Shown in pieces: positions 51,375 through 64,000 of a DNA stretch of 64,000 nt. The stretch is taken from positions 15,128,001 to 15,192,000 of the forward strand of contig NW_024704751.1 of NCBI RefSeq assembly GCF_018977255.1, read 5' to 3'. The notes beneath the pieces were generated by a model that was given only the letters and a program-made list of their open reading frames with translations, did not search any database and was not told the DNA's origin. The stretch comes from Callorhinchus milii. Its lineage: Eukaryota. The position numbers were made by a program, and so were the translations under genes. Within the stretch, counting starts at the first letter, position 1, and each line of letters starts with the position of its first letter.

Positions 51375-51540
51375 TAATAATAATAATAATAATAATCATC
51401 CTTGCATTTAATATAGCACCTTTCAAGTCAAGTGGACGCTGCAAAATGCTTCATAGGATTTTCTGCAAAGTGTAGCGACTGTGTGTTTTGCAGACGAACA
51501 TGGCAGCCAATTTGCTTGCAAAAGCAATCCTGCAAACAGC
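51375..51540 (-). mobile_element. SINE 3' half
   Basis: (AAT)n-catccttgcatttaatatagcacctttca...ggcagccaatttgc. Confidence 0.8.
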
Positions 51541-53589
51541 TAGGAACCCGTCATCAAGATTGATTCCGAGCAGATTTGCAATTACAACAAAGCAAACAGG
51601 TTAATTTACGATCAAAAAAAATAAATATTCCGTTGCCATTTCTAGATCCTATGCCTAGATCCAGCACTTTGAGACGTCCTCCCGACGTGAACAGCGCTAT
51701 ACAAATGAAGTTTGTATTGTATTGACCCAGTTACACATTTAATAAAAAAAATTTAATTTAATTTTCTACATAAAAGTTCTGTTGGAGACAGGCTCTTACT
51801 AACGCTTGACTACTTCAATTTGCCTCCGAATTATATTGCTATAACTCCACGGACTGAGCGTTGAAAACAGACAAGGTACTAGATTATGTCTCAGAACCTG
51901 CTGAAACATTTTTGGTGCCAGGAGAACTACAAAGGGAAGCTGAGACAGTGAGCCGATCATCAGCGAGTCTGTGAACAAGAATTGGAAATGAAACACCCTT
52001 TGGCAAAGATAACTCATTAAACAGGACACCGATCAACACCTCAGCCTGTCAATCAATTGAGATTACAGCCTCTCCACAGGAATTCTATTGAATGCGAGCG
52101 AGTATAAAAGGAGATCTCTGCTGAACCAATAGACTGCTTACATCGCAGAGTGCCTACAAGAAGACCAAAGCTCTCTGTTTAAATCCAATCTGCAACGGTT
52201 CATTTCAAATGAAGCGAATGCTGCATGTTAATGCTCAAACCTAAACTTGACCCTTTTTCAAGGATAGCGCTCGCACCAGGACACAGCGTTGGCAAGGCCA
52301 GAGCACTGGGAAACAGCAAGTGCCTGTGAGACAAACAGTAGCTCCGGATTTACAAACTACTTGAAATTAATGGGAATCGGGGCTAGTTTTCTTCTATTGA
52401 GACACACACACACGTTACATTTTGAAATGTTGTTCTCCGCACATTAAAAGGACAGTAACCATCATTTTAAATTAGCGAGGTCTGGTGCAAATAGTCAGTG
52501 GATTAAAATTGCAGTTGAAAATTGTGGCCAACTGGGACGAGTGAGATAAAATGGAAGAGTCTGACTGTACGAAGGATTGGTGACGGTGATTAAGACGAGT
52601 GTCACAAAGGCATTGTTACAGCCAAACCACTTTACAATATATCCTGTGATGTGCTTTGAGACAATTCAATGTGATAAGGCGCTATATCAAAAGGAGTATT
52701 ATTATTATTGTGGGGGGAGAGAAGAGATAGAAAGATTTGTTGGCTGGTTTGAATTTCAATTCTTTCAACGTAAAAAAAAAACGTTCATTAAAATATAACT
52801 TGCACATGCTCGTGGAAAATAATAAATGGGTTTAAAACAAAGAAAACTTTAGCAGAAATCAGGGAATAGAATGCAATGCTGTGCTGGAAATTGCAGCATT
52901 AAAAAAAAGTCACAAATTGCGAGTGTTATATTGCATCACAAAAGTTCTATTTTAAAGATGGGATTTAAAAAGAAAAAGAGAATATTGCCGGTTCAGCACT
53001 TGTTTATCTTCAACAAAGTAGATTCTCAAACCTATGTGCCCTGAAAGCTACTGTCTCTAACCCTTCACCTACATTTCACACCACAAACCCACTGACCCAG
53101 AAACTGAGCTTCAGCTGCTATAAATCTTAAGCTCCAACCATTCCAAAGGAGCAGTCACAGGCAGAAATCCCAGCGAGGCTTGTCAACCTATAGTAAAACC
53201 ATCTATGGGCTGTGTTTCCTCTCAGGCTCTTACTCACTTAGTCACAGAACATTGTACTGTATACCAACCCACTCATCAGCAGCACTCAGATCAATATTTT
53301 ACATCTTGAAGTACATTTGGCTTATAGTGTCTACAGTCTAGCAATGGCGGGGTGGTGGTGGGGGTGTGGGGGGGGGGGGTGGGGAGAGCTTTTACCGCAC
53401 AACCAAACACTCTCTTTCGCTTGGCTCAGTTGACAAAACACCCACTGTGGTGGGGGTTGTGGAGAGGGGTGGGGGGAGAAGAGAGGGGGTCAGGCTGCTG
53501 CTTTGTATTTGCAAACAAGACGGTGTATCCTGGAAGAGATGGGCAGCTCTTCAGATTTCACCCAACAAAAGTGAGTTCTTGCTCAGAAT

Positions 53590-53885
53590 GCACGTGCTGA
53601 GCACCGGTGAGTTCAGGTGCTATTAGGGTACCGCTGGTTAATCTCCAGCAATAATCCCCCCGCCCTCCACAACGCACACTCTGTGGTCCTCTCGCCAAAC
53701 TCCGGAATTAAGTAAGCAGGGCGTGTCCCTCCAGGGAGGGAGGGAGAGAGAGAGAGAGAGGGCATTCCATTCCAAATACGGGAATTTCCATGTGTAGGCA
53801 GCACACAGGGAACTCTCAGTCTGGTTTGGATACTGTTAAGTACGGTGATGGGTTTCCTAATGTGTCAGACACTCAGCTGACCCCA
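53590..53885 (+). repeat. Family C copy
   Basis: ctggttaatctccagcaat...(GA)n...ggaatttccatgtg...ctctcagtctggtttgga...gtgtcagacac. Confidence 0.72.
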
Positions 53886-54795
53886 AAAGAGACAATTTTT
53901 GCTCAGTGTGCGGAGTGTGTGGATGCTGAGCTCAGGTACTAGGAGAACCGCCAAACCCATTGACTTGGAAATATAGTGGCCAACAACGATCTTTTGCTAA
54001 GACGACACACTAAAAGCAAGTTTTGTTACAAGTATCTCTGTGTGCGAGTCTCATTATAGTTGTCAGCCACATTCCTCCCAAAAGCCCGTTTGCAGATTCC
54101 CGTGGGTAGGAAATTGAACGTTCTTCCAGACACTGATCTTGATGGTGAGGCACCAAGGTCACATGCTGATCCATAAAAAGAAATGCTTCAACAACTGAAG
54201 TTGCGCCTTGAGGCCAAAAGGGACTATTCCACCCACCGGTGACAGTTTGATCCATCGTTGCAGCTATGGTCCTGGTAAGATCAGTGGATAAAGATTTAAT
54301 GAGGAGATACTGGCAGATAAAGGCACAAAATTCATGAGAGCTTTCAACATATATATATATATATATATATTTTAAAAAAATGTCCCAGTGTCGGTTGTTG
54401 CAAAGGTTAAAAAAAAAAACTCAGTCAAGGTAGTTTGATCACCGACAAAATACATAGTGGCTGCACAGTGCAATAAATCTCTATGAAGTGCTTTGAGGTG
54501 TTTGGATGACATGATAAGATGCTATATCAAATGCAAGGACGATTCTACATCAGGAGAGCTTTGCTTTTCTGGACCAAACACTCTACGAAGGGTGAGCCAA
54601 ACTCTGACAGAGGAGTTCTATGGATAATAATATATTAACAATATATTTTTTTTAAAAAACATGTCAGAGGAGCGAGCATGAAAATGTGGCCGAGGCTGGG
54701 CAGGGAACAAATTGAACCTGCGGAGGAAAGGTTGGAGGAAAAAGAAAGTTTTCCCATTCAGACCAGGGATGCAAAGATTCAATATTTCCATCCAT

Positions 54796-54864
54796 TGTGG
54801 AGTCCTGTAGCTCAGTGGTTAGAGCATTCGCCTCGCAAGCGAGAGACCTAGGTTCGATTCCTGG
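54796..54864 (+). mobile_element. SINE family A head only (tRNA-Ala(CGC)-like)
   Basis: Intact A box TAGCTCAGTGG and B box GGTTCGATTCC, D arm and anticodon arm present, no acceptor stem. Confidence 0.85.
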
Positions 54865-55008
54865 ACCAAGCTCAAGGTGGGGGTAGGGGAAAAAGAGCAG
54901 AAGAACATGGTCGGAGGAGATCAGAAAGATTGGGAGGCGCTAGGACGTGAAGGGAAAAGGATATAAAGCTGACTCACATAGCACTGATTATGCTGAGCCT
55001 AGACATTG

Positions 55009-55327
55009 ATAATAATAATCCTTGCATTTGGTATAGCGCTTTTCACGTCAGGAGGACGTCCCAAAGCGCTTCACAGAACACACTGTAAAGTGAATTGACT
55101 GTATATTTGTGGGCGAACGCGGCAGCCAATTGCGCACAGCAATGTCCCACAAACAGTCGTAGATTGAAAATGACCAATTTATTATTGTCTTTGGTTTTGG
55201 AGGATTATTATTAGGCTCTGTGTGGAGTAAGGAAACTTGCCCAAGGTTTCGCCCTCTGCCTGGAATTGAACTCAGGTCTCTCACTTGCAAAGCGAGTGCT
55301 CTAACCACTGAGCTACAGGACTCCACA
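55009..55327 (-). mobile_element. SINE family A with internal deletion
   Basis: Complete tail and head (…ctctaaccactgagctacaggactccaca); part of the CORE region is missing. Confidence 0.92.
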
Positions 55328-57549
55328 GAACCCACTGCAGTCAGATCATGGCTCAATGCCCTTTCAGATACAACACAGGCAAGGAGCGAGATCAGGACTA
55401 GAAACCAGACTGAAAAAACAAAAAATAAAATAAAATTTTCCACCAGTGATGAAATTGTTTGCATCCCGTATTCCAGCTTCCTGGGCTTTTCAAATTGAAT
55501 AGACATCGCAAGCTTTTGTGATTAAGAAGACTTCAAACAACTAGTGAAAGTGGGGCTTAGTTCATTTTGGATTCTAATCCAAATACTTTTTTTTTTAAAT
55601 ATTTAATATAAAGCTTCTTATATAAAAAGCTAAGCCTCCTAAGGCTGAGGTGGGGGGACTTAGCACAGAAGACGGTTCAGGAGGGCGAAGGGAATTGCAA
55701 TGAAGAGAGGGATCTTGTGAAATCTTGTGGTGAGAGATGAATGGGCCACATTCTGCACAGAACCCGGTACAGGTAGAATTTCCATGCAGGTAGACCATCC
55801 ACACTGACCTCAATTAAGCACCAGCCTGGCAGGGATTAACAGTGCCTGGGTGGCATTTGTCCCAACCACAAGAAGCATTCATATAGTGCCCTTCACGAGG
55901 GGTAGACGACTCATCCCTTTGACACGGCATTTGATCATCTTTCCCTTCCCCACCCTCCGTTCCCCCAAGCTCGGGTGCTCAGCAGGCAGCGCCAAGCCCT
56001 TCGAGATATCCTCCCGATGTGAAAGTCGCTGCGTAAAATAGAAACCGTACTGTATTTTGGGGCTTTGCCTACAGTATAATAATGCACTCGCATTACCGTA
56101 CAGAACATTTGCACCTACCAAAACAGCTGAACCTAGTAAAAAGAAGCCCCCACCAAACCCACTTTAGTTTTCAAAGGACAATCTGATATTCCCCCCCACC
56201 CACCACCGCAATTTGACCAGATGATCGTCTACACAAATTTAAGCTGATCAGCCAGTCCATGGCAGACTTGCTGCCAAGCTGTTGCTGGGTATAGAGAGGT
56301 AACGAGACTACAATGCAATTAACAGGGTACAGAGAGCACGTATCACGCTGTAGCTTTGTAGTTCCAAGGTTGCTTTTTGCAACGTTAGAAATAATGTTGG
56401 CACTTGTCTCTTGCCAGAAGGGCCCTCAAAATCTACCTCTCTCCCCAGTAAATCGCCATCTTAGATTGGCAGAGCCCGACTGACTGGCTGGCAAATGTCC
56501 TGGTGACCCGGAAGCAGGAACAGCAACCATTTTTTGTGGGGTCTAATTTAAAACAACCACCACAACGTGGATTTATATAACGTCCCTCACACAGGGTACC
56601 ATCCCAGAGTTCTTGAAACACACCGCTCTATAAAGCAGGCTGCCCTTTGGTACTCAAAAGCAGTTCTCCTTAAGATCAACTCATTTTAAAAATACACTCT
56701 CTTCCATTTATTACATTGCGTTGTGAGTTCATATCCCAGTTAAGATAGTGCTTTTTTTTTTTGCTTTAAAGTCGTGAGATCTCATCAGATCTCCGCTACA
56801 ACAGCACGAGGCATTTTCAAATGGTTAATATTTACTTAATGCATCGCAAGTTGACCTCAAGATCACTTGACTGCTAATTCATCTGCTGTGTCTAACAGCG
56901 GAAAAGGGATAATTAATTGATCTGCGGCTCTGTTGGGAGCCCCATTATATTTTTTCTCAAAACAAAGGGGAAAAAAAAAAATGACACCAGCAAGGTGTTT
57001 AATTTGCAAGTAATCAGAACCTGGCAATTTTACTGTAAGGTTTTACTGGAGATTTGAAAAGCGCAGTCTACAGAATCCATTTTATTGATTAATCAAGCAC
57101 AAGCTTCCATTGATTTACGCCTAATCACACCTCCCCATTATATTTCACGTTGCATCACACGGCTTGGGACGTGAGGGGTGTTTTTTTGGGTAGAAATAAG
57201 CAGAAGCAGCAGAAAACCAACCGCTCGTGGCAGAGCAGGAAGGGAAATGGATCTTTTTTACGCCTTAATCAAACAGTCCGATGATTTGGCCGTTTAATTT
57301 CGAAAGGATGGTTTGTGTAAATACCGTTTACCAATCTGAGCCACATGAAACTCAGTCACCAAATGTTTTGTGTTACAACCGCCCCCAACCCCCCACCCCA
57401 CCGTCAATCTCAATACTTTTAGTCCACAAATCTCTATCCATCCCTTTTGTAAAACCCCCAACTCTTCTCATCTCCAGCTTTCTGGGGCCGTGCATTCCGC
57501 AAGATAGGAATTCCTGCTCAGTTCACACCTAAGAAGCCCGTTTTACCCT

Positions 57550-57845
57550 CAATTTTAAGGGATTGGAAGAAGTAAACCCAGACCAATACTTTAGGATACC
57601 ACAGGACAGTAGAACTAGAGGACCGGGTTTAGAATTGTAAAGGGCAATTTCAGGCCAGACATCAGGATTTTTNCCTTTACTCGGAGGCTAATCAACTACT
57701 GTAACAGGGTGTCAGGAAGGGTGGTTGAGGCCAGGGCACATTTAAAAAGCAGCTTGATGCTGTGAAGGGGGACAGGAACGGTAGGGTGGGTGTTAGGGTG
57801 GAGAGATGACATTGGATGGACCGAAGGGCCTTCTTCATCCGCACA
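57550..57845 (+). mobile_element. CR1 LINE 3' end, degenerate
   Basis: agaactagagga...gtggttgaggcc...tttaaaaagcagcttgatgct...ggatggaccgaagggccttcttc. Confidence 0.7.
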
Positions 57846-59524
57846 AATGACACGCTTGAACTCTGCAATGAGTCTGGAACCCGGCTGGGACATTACTCAA
57901 GAAACGGAGCCAAAGTCAATGTTTGTAAGTGGTAGGAGGATCTCGCAATTGAGAAAGAACAGCACAAACACAGCGCTAGGCATTTGCAGCCAAGACTGGT
58001 CTATTTTACAGTTAACTGGTTCACAAATAATTTTGGGAGACTTTTGGAGTATAAAAGAGCCAACCTGCAGTATCAAGCGAAATGTCAAACCTCCCACGCA
58101 TCAACAGCTCCCAAGCTCATTTATTTCGGAATGTGTCAAGAATAAATGCATCTTATCTTCCGCGTCCGTGCAGATTAAGAAGCTTTTGGGGATTGGAGGT
58201 TGAAGATAAATGGCGGTTTCCATTCCAAACAGTGAATAGAAGATGCCAATTATGGGAGAAACAGTTGGAGCCTTAGCACATGGACGCTGGCAGTGTAAAA
58301 TTGGTCATAGGAATAGCAATGCAGACTGTTTGGAAATGGGGTCAAGAGCAAGGTGCCTGTAGATATGTCTGAATTTATCAAAGATCAGTGTCAAGTGTTC
58401 CCAAGTAAAGTACACATTATTTAGGAGCAGAACTGAGAGGCTGGGTATCCTCGTGATTTGAGATGTTGTACTGATTCAACAACGACCACAACTTGCATTT
58501 ATCTAGTGCCTTTCCTGTGGGGTAGCGTCTCAAAGCTCACTTCCAACAGCCTTCTACAGACAGACGAACAGACAAGCACCGGAAATACGCAAACACCTGG
58601 AATATACGAACTGAGCTGCTCACCTGTGCCAATTTACACAGCATGTAACTGGTCAAAAGTGTTAGTTATCTGAATGGAGTGTAATCCACCAGGAAGGAGC
58701 CTAGAAAAAGGAATGAAATATACCCTTGTGTGTTTTTGGATTGCTAAGAGCGCAGAACAATTCAAAAGGAAGCGCAGAAGCAGCCGACCTTAAAAGTCAG
58801 CACTGAGAAGCCTCCAAAAGCCAAAATATCGAGAGCCATTCCTCATTTGTCACTGATTAGTCACCGGAAACACTGACCTTGATAGTCGGAGCACTTCAGG
58901 AAACAAAACAGTGTTCTTGAGATATATTTACACACACACACAAGCACAAACACACCCACCCACACACCCCCTTAATGAGAACAAAATCTTCAGCTAATTG
59001 TGTAGAATTTTTGAACTGCCGGCGCATTAGCCGAGAATGAACAGCCGCAAAATCTCCAGACAATATGCTTGGTTCAGCCAGCAGAGCTTCTAGTTTTCTT
59101 TTTGAAGAAGAACAGCTCGTCCAAAACCAAACAACTCAACCTTATCATCATCAAGCGCTACAGCCTGGAGCTGCAGTCTTCTGACCAGACATGGGGGTGA
59201 AAAAAAATTGGCATCAAATTGGAGAATAAATTCACTTGTCATAGCAGAATCGAGACAACCTTGTAGCACAAGCACACTTACAAATATGCCTCTCGCTGGA
59301 ATAATTAATGGCTTTGCAAATGATTTGTTGGCCGTTTCTAGGCGATGGTTTTGTAGCCGAGAAGGTGCTTCAATAAGGGTAACCAGCAACGACTTTATAA
59401 TGCTATTCCTACCCAAGCAGATACTCGGGTGGGGAAACATCCCAATCTCAGAAACGTGCTGAGGTTACAACCTGCTGGTAAATATTTTGCCCCCTCTCTC
59501 TTCCCCCACGAGATTAGGACATGC

Positions 59525-59964
59525 GTCAGCCCGGCTCAGCGGTAGCGCTCTTGCTTCCGAGTCAGAAGGTTGTGGCTTCAAGCCCCACATTAGGACTTGG
59601 AATTACATAGGTATAAGCTGACACTCCAATGCAGTGCTGGGGGAGGGGGTTTACATTGTCGAAGGTGCTGTGCTTCAGATAAGATGTTAAATTGAGGTCT
59701 CATCTGCCTGTTCAGGTGGACGTTAATGATCCCATGGCAGGATTCAAAAAGAGAAGGGAGTTTCTCTCTCCTAGTGTCCTAGTGGCCAAAAATCCCCAAA
59801 CTAAATTGGTCACTCACTCATTGTCGTTTGTGGCGCAAACCGGCTGCCACGTTTCACCCACAAAATACGTAGGCAAACCACTTTACAATATAGCCTGTGA
59901 AGCGCTTTGAGATGCCTCCATGACATGATAAGGTGCTGTGTCAAATACAAGGATTGTTATTATC
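59525..59964 (+). mobile_element. DeuSINE (SacSINE1/AmnSINE1-like), full length
   Basis: tRNA-like head ggctcagcggtagcgctcttgcttccgagtcagaaggttgtgg, Deu domain (gatgttaaattgaggtc...caggtggacgttaatgatcccatggca) and tail ending caaggattgttatt. Confidence 0.9.
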
Positions 59965-59968
59965 ATAC

Positions 59969-60213
59969 AAGTCAGAAGATTGTTAGTTCAAGCCTCACCT
60001 CAGGACTTCAACTCACATAGTCTAGGACTCACAGACTGCATTGCTGGGTGAGCGCTGCCTTATCAGAGGTGCTGTCCTGTGGACGAGACATTAAACTGAG
60101 GTCTTCTCCATATCCCCAGCCCAACTGCGCACGGCAATATCCCACAAGCAGCCCTGAAATGAATGCCCGATTTGACTTGGAGGATCGCTGGCCAGGACAC
60201 AGGGAGAAACTCC
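59969..60213. mobile_element. Second tandem DeuSINE with an inverted internal segment
   Basis: Head and start of the Deu domain on + to ~60105, then the next Deu segment on - (~60120-60213). Confidence 0.72.
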
Positions 60214-61803
60214 CAACATGCCGAATAGCCGAAAAATAAATACACGGCTCATAAATAAATTTGAGCAAGACAAATATTTAAAGTCACATCTGAGCGCATT
60301 TCATCCCCTTTCCCCCCCAGCCTTAAGCTTGTTAACAGACAAATCTAATTCAGGTCCAATCCATAAAACTAACAGAACAGAACCCAAAACACGGTTGCGC
60401 AGTGTAATATCCTCGCTCTCTTAGCTCCACTAAATCAATGGCGTGCTCCCAAATTATTTATCCACCTGACTATACACCAGCGTAATTTCCACAGCGCTAA
60501 TACAAGGTGACAGTGTGTTGAACTGGTTTGGTTTTGCTGTGCCAACATTCCAACGCCAGACCCGCAAACCTCAGAAGCAAAGAAGCCTTAAGATTCAGAC
60601 ATTCCTCTAAGGATTGCTTTAAAATGACATGATTATCATCTCATGCCATAGCACAAGATGACTCCACAAACCTGCAAGACATAAGGGCCACAGAAGCAAA
60701 ACGATTCCTTCAAGGCAACTTGGCTCCTCACTGCAAGAAGCAGATTGTGTGGGCTATTAAAATATTATCCACTCGAGCCCCTTGGGATGCAAGTTTGGAT
60801 ACCAGCAGAAGAATATAATGGATCACATCAACAATAGCTATTTGGGAGTCACAAAGTAGAACAGTTCCTGGGGTGCGACAAACAAAACAGTGCGAAAACG
60901 GATTGAATTCAACATTCAACCATTCGGTGGCTGCAAATGAGAGTGTGGGGAATAGGAAAACCCAATGCAATCAAAGCATGCAGCAATAGAATGGGGAACC
61001 GATTGCTTTAGCCGTTGCGCAGAGGACAGCACAACACAAAGCAGTCACCAATTATTATCAGTCAAGGCATCATTTGGGATTGGAAACCGGGGATTAGCCT
61101 AGACTAAATGGAGCTGAGGTTAGAACCCCATTTTGAGATGTATATTGAGCACGAAGGGCAATGGGCTGGAATGAGTAATGGAGTGTTGAAAAGAAATACT
61201 TCAGCTTTTGCCAAACACTCATTAGAATATGGGACAATTAAACAAGATGATCCATTGGAACGAAACTGATGTACAGATTTCCTTCCTCCCCAATAACAAA
61301 AGGCACTGTCTCTGGAATCTCCTGCGTATGAGATTCACCTCCGTAGTAAGTGTAAATGTAAAATGATCCACAAATTGGCCAGTAATGCCCAAACCTAGAC
61401 CACCGTTGTTTCCTTTTGCTCCACATATTCAAAGCATATTTGAATGCGATTAGAAGGTAATTTCTCTTGTCCTAGTTTCGCAGGCAGTAGTTTGAAGCTG
61501 GACAGAATGAATAATAAATTCCAACAGCCACAGTCTATAATTTTGGACGCGTGATGCCTGACATTGTATAGCTGCTAACCCCGTCAGGTTGCTTAGAGAA
61601 ATGACTGACATTACACATACAAAGACGTAGAGGTTCGTGCCTATATTAGGTTCCAACCATAATATGGTCTATGGAAAATCTTTGAACACACAATACCCTC
61701 ATTCTAAAATACCAGTTCAATTTGATTAAGCCGACGATAACCAAAGTCTGAAAGCAGTTGCCAGCACTGTTGGATTTTAAAAAGGTTCTTTCCACTCAGC
61801 TCC

Positions 61804-62088
61804 TGTTAACCCTGCAAATTAATAGGGAGGAAGTCTTTGCTGGATACGCAGCATGAAACTTGCCACGCAGTGCTTTCAACGGCAAACTATTTTAGCTGGT
61901 TTTAGCTGGTTAAACTCCAGCAGTTACCCCCAGCACACATGCTGGGTTCCAAGCCTTGGCTGGGGAGGGGGAGGGAGAGAGAGAGAGCACACACTCTATC
62001 CAGACACATGGAAAAATCTAGTTTAGTCGGAAGTCTCAGTCTGGTTTGGATAACTTTCAGCATCGTGATGAGTTTCTGCTTGCGACAG
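61804..62088 (+). repeat. Family C copy
   Basis: tgttaaccctgcaa...cagtgctttcaacggcaaac...ccaagccttg...(GA)n...tctcagtctggtttgga. Confidence 0.72.
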
Positions 62089-63279
62089 TTTTTTACAGTC
62101 TTTCCAAAAAAAAAGCAAACAGTCACATCCAATTTAGCATACGTAGACATCAAACTAATATACTCCCAGCATTTTCCTGCCTTAGACTGGATGCACAGTA
62201 CTGTTCCATAGAAGTGGGCTAATAAAATATTTAAAAGCATAATTTTTATTTGAACGCAAGGCAAAAGGTGTCATCAGGAGGGTGTTCTGAATCATGCATC
62301 ACCAATCTTATTCCGCAATTCCTAATAAATCAGACAAAAGCCATCTCCTACTGAAGGGAATTGCATTCCCCCCCACACCACCAACACCATATTACCTCTT
62401 CATTAGTGAATTCTCTGCAGAAACCGTGTGAAAGATACGGAAATTACATGTGCCTTCTCGAAACCCAGTTAGTTGCCTTAAGATAAAGGCTGATCGACTG
62501 GAAAAACGTATCAGCTCACTTGTATTTCCAATTGTGTGCGCTGCAAATCTGATCAATTATACTGTGGCGTTAGTACTTTGCATTAACGGCAAGGGGACCT
62601 TCAAGCCACCACTGACTGACCAACCACCCAAGTTTTTGTTTTAGACGTAGCTCCAAGGGTTTGGCTCAATTTTGCTCCTCGCCCTCCAGTTTCCGACACT
62701 CATACCTTAACTCAGCTGTAGATATGTGAAGGCACTCTCCATGGTTTAAAATAAAAGTTTTGCTTCTGGGCATTATATAATGAATACATTTTTACAAAAG
62801 CAATTTTTTGTTTCAAATAAAAGAATCCATCAGGATTAAACATGATTCACATCAGCTTTAATGCTAAAGAGTGGCGATCGCTCTTGGAAGACAGTTGTAT
62901 CAAACACTCGAATAGTGATGCATTTCATAATATAATTGGTCTTAAACCCCTAATAAAAGCTAACAACCACCCCCTCCCCCCCCACCCAAACACTGCATCA
63001 TCATTTCCAACCAGGCGATGGAAGGCAATTTCATACGAAATAAAAAGGATCTGGAATTTATGAGTTTTGTTTTAAAAAAAAGAGTGAAAATTAAGACTCA
63101 ATGAAACTGAATCAATCTTGCTCAAGGCACGAGAGTTTTGGCTGGTTTCTCTTCCTGTTATTTTTTGGCAGAGATCTTCATTGATCAGAGGCAAGAAAAG
63201 AGAGGAGACATAGCATCCGTCAGTCTACCGAATGCATTTGTCTCTCCAGAAACTTCGACAATGTGAGCAATGTGGTAGT

Positions 63280-63635
63280 TAATAATAATCCTTACATTTG
63301 ATATAGCGCCTTATTGTGTCATTAAGATGTCTCAAAGAGCTTCACAGAATATATTGTAAAGTGGATTGACTGTATTTTGTAGGCGAAATGAGGCAGCCAA
63401 TTGCACACAGCAGCGTCCCACAAACAGTTGTGAATTGTGTCACAAAATCATTCAGTTTTATTTTTTGAAGGGATTATTACCCCCGGAAAAGCGATCCTCC
63501 AATCGACTAACAACCAGGTTCCTACTTGCTGCTAGATAATCAGAGGCAGGCGGAATAAGGAAACTTGCCCAATGTTTCGCCCTGCCTGGGTATCAAACCC
63601 AGGTCCTCTAACTTGTGAGATTACAGGACTCCACA
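63280..63635 (-). mobile_element. SINE family A, near full length
   Basis: Tail, internal gggattattacccccggaaaagcgatcc, CORE-like part and head ending tacaggactccaca (D-arm region deleted). Confidence 0.92.
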
Positions 63636-64000
63636 TATGACAAGATCAGCAGTAAACATGAAACAGACAAAGACATTAACTTCAAAACAGCCTTGTTGTT
63701 GTTGTCCCAGAGACTACAGCATTTGAAACGCTGCCGTATGGAAATCCACAGGGACCAGGCTAATATCACATTTAAGAGACATCTGAAAAGCCTCAGACAT
63801 CTCTGGTCTCTTGGCCCTATTTATCGATGACAGTTTTAATCACAAGCAGGGACAAGGGGACTGGTTAGCCTCCCACTCTGCCCTTTTAATAGATTGAAAT
63901 AGTTGATGATGTGGAAACAGTTCAGATACAATACTGGCCTTACACAGCTAGAGACCCTGACTCGGAAGTCTGTTGTCTTGCTTTTGGGATTTCAACCCAT

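Noticed and set aside
54796-54870. Possible tRNA-Ala(CGC) gene
   Set aside because: D, anticodon and T arms are present, but the acceptor stem does not pair and the 5' end matches the SINE family A head seen in many copies.
62160-62185. Second Penelope-type remnant (actcccagcattttcctg)
   Set aside because: The match is too short and there is no hammerhead core nearby.

Overview
This is eukaryotic (vertebrate) genomic DNA. The repeat content (shark-type CR1 3' ends, SacSINE1/AmnSINE1-like DeuSINEs and a Penelope-type fragment) points to a cartilaginous fish. The window lies inside one neuronal gene, NKAIN1, on the minus strand. Exon 2 (13015-12878, 138 nt) and exon 3 (10167-10087, 81 nt) are clear and have canonical splice sites. 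I did not find exon 1 or exons 4 onward, so they probably lie outside the window. The rest is intron, densely filled with two SINE families that share an L2-type 3' tail (family A: tRNA-Ala head plus CORE-like domain; and DeuSINE), L2 and CR1 3' fragments, a Tc1/mariner-type MITE, two repeat families I could not classify, and microsatellites. Most ORFs in the supplied track are spurious. The most notable observations are: (i) an 89-bp Penelope-type insert carrying a minimal hammerhead ribozyme motif, with a 13-bp target-site duplication, inside a SINE; (ii) a possible alternative terminal NKAIN1 exon whose stop codon lies in a perfect 18-bp hairpin; (iii) the modular CORE/Deu-tail SINE and its repeated internal rearrangements at a short inverted motif. 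I cannot support a wholly new multi-gene system from this sequence. Repeat boundaries are approximate, and some degraded copies are not listed.
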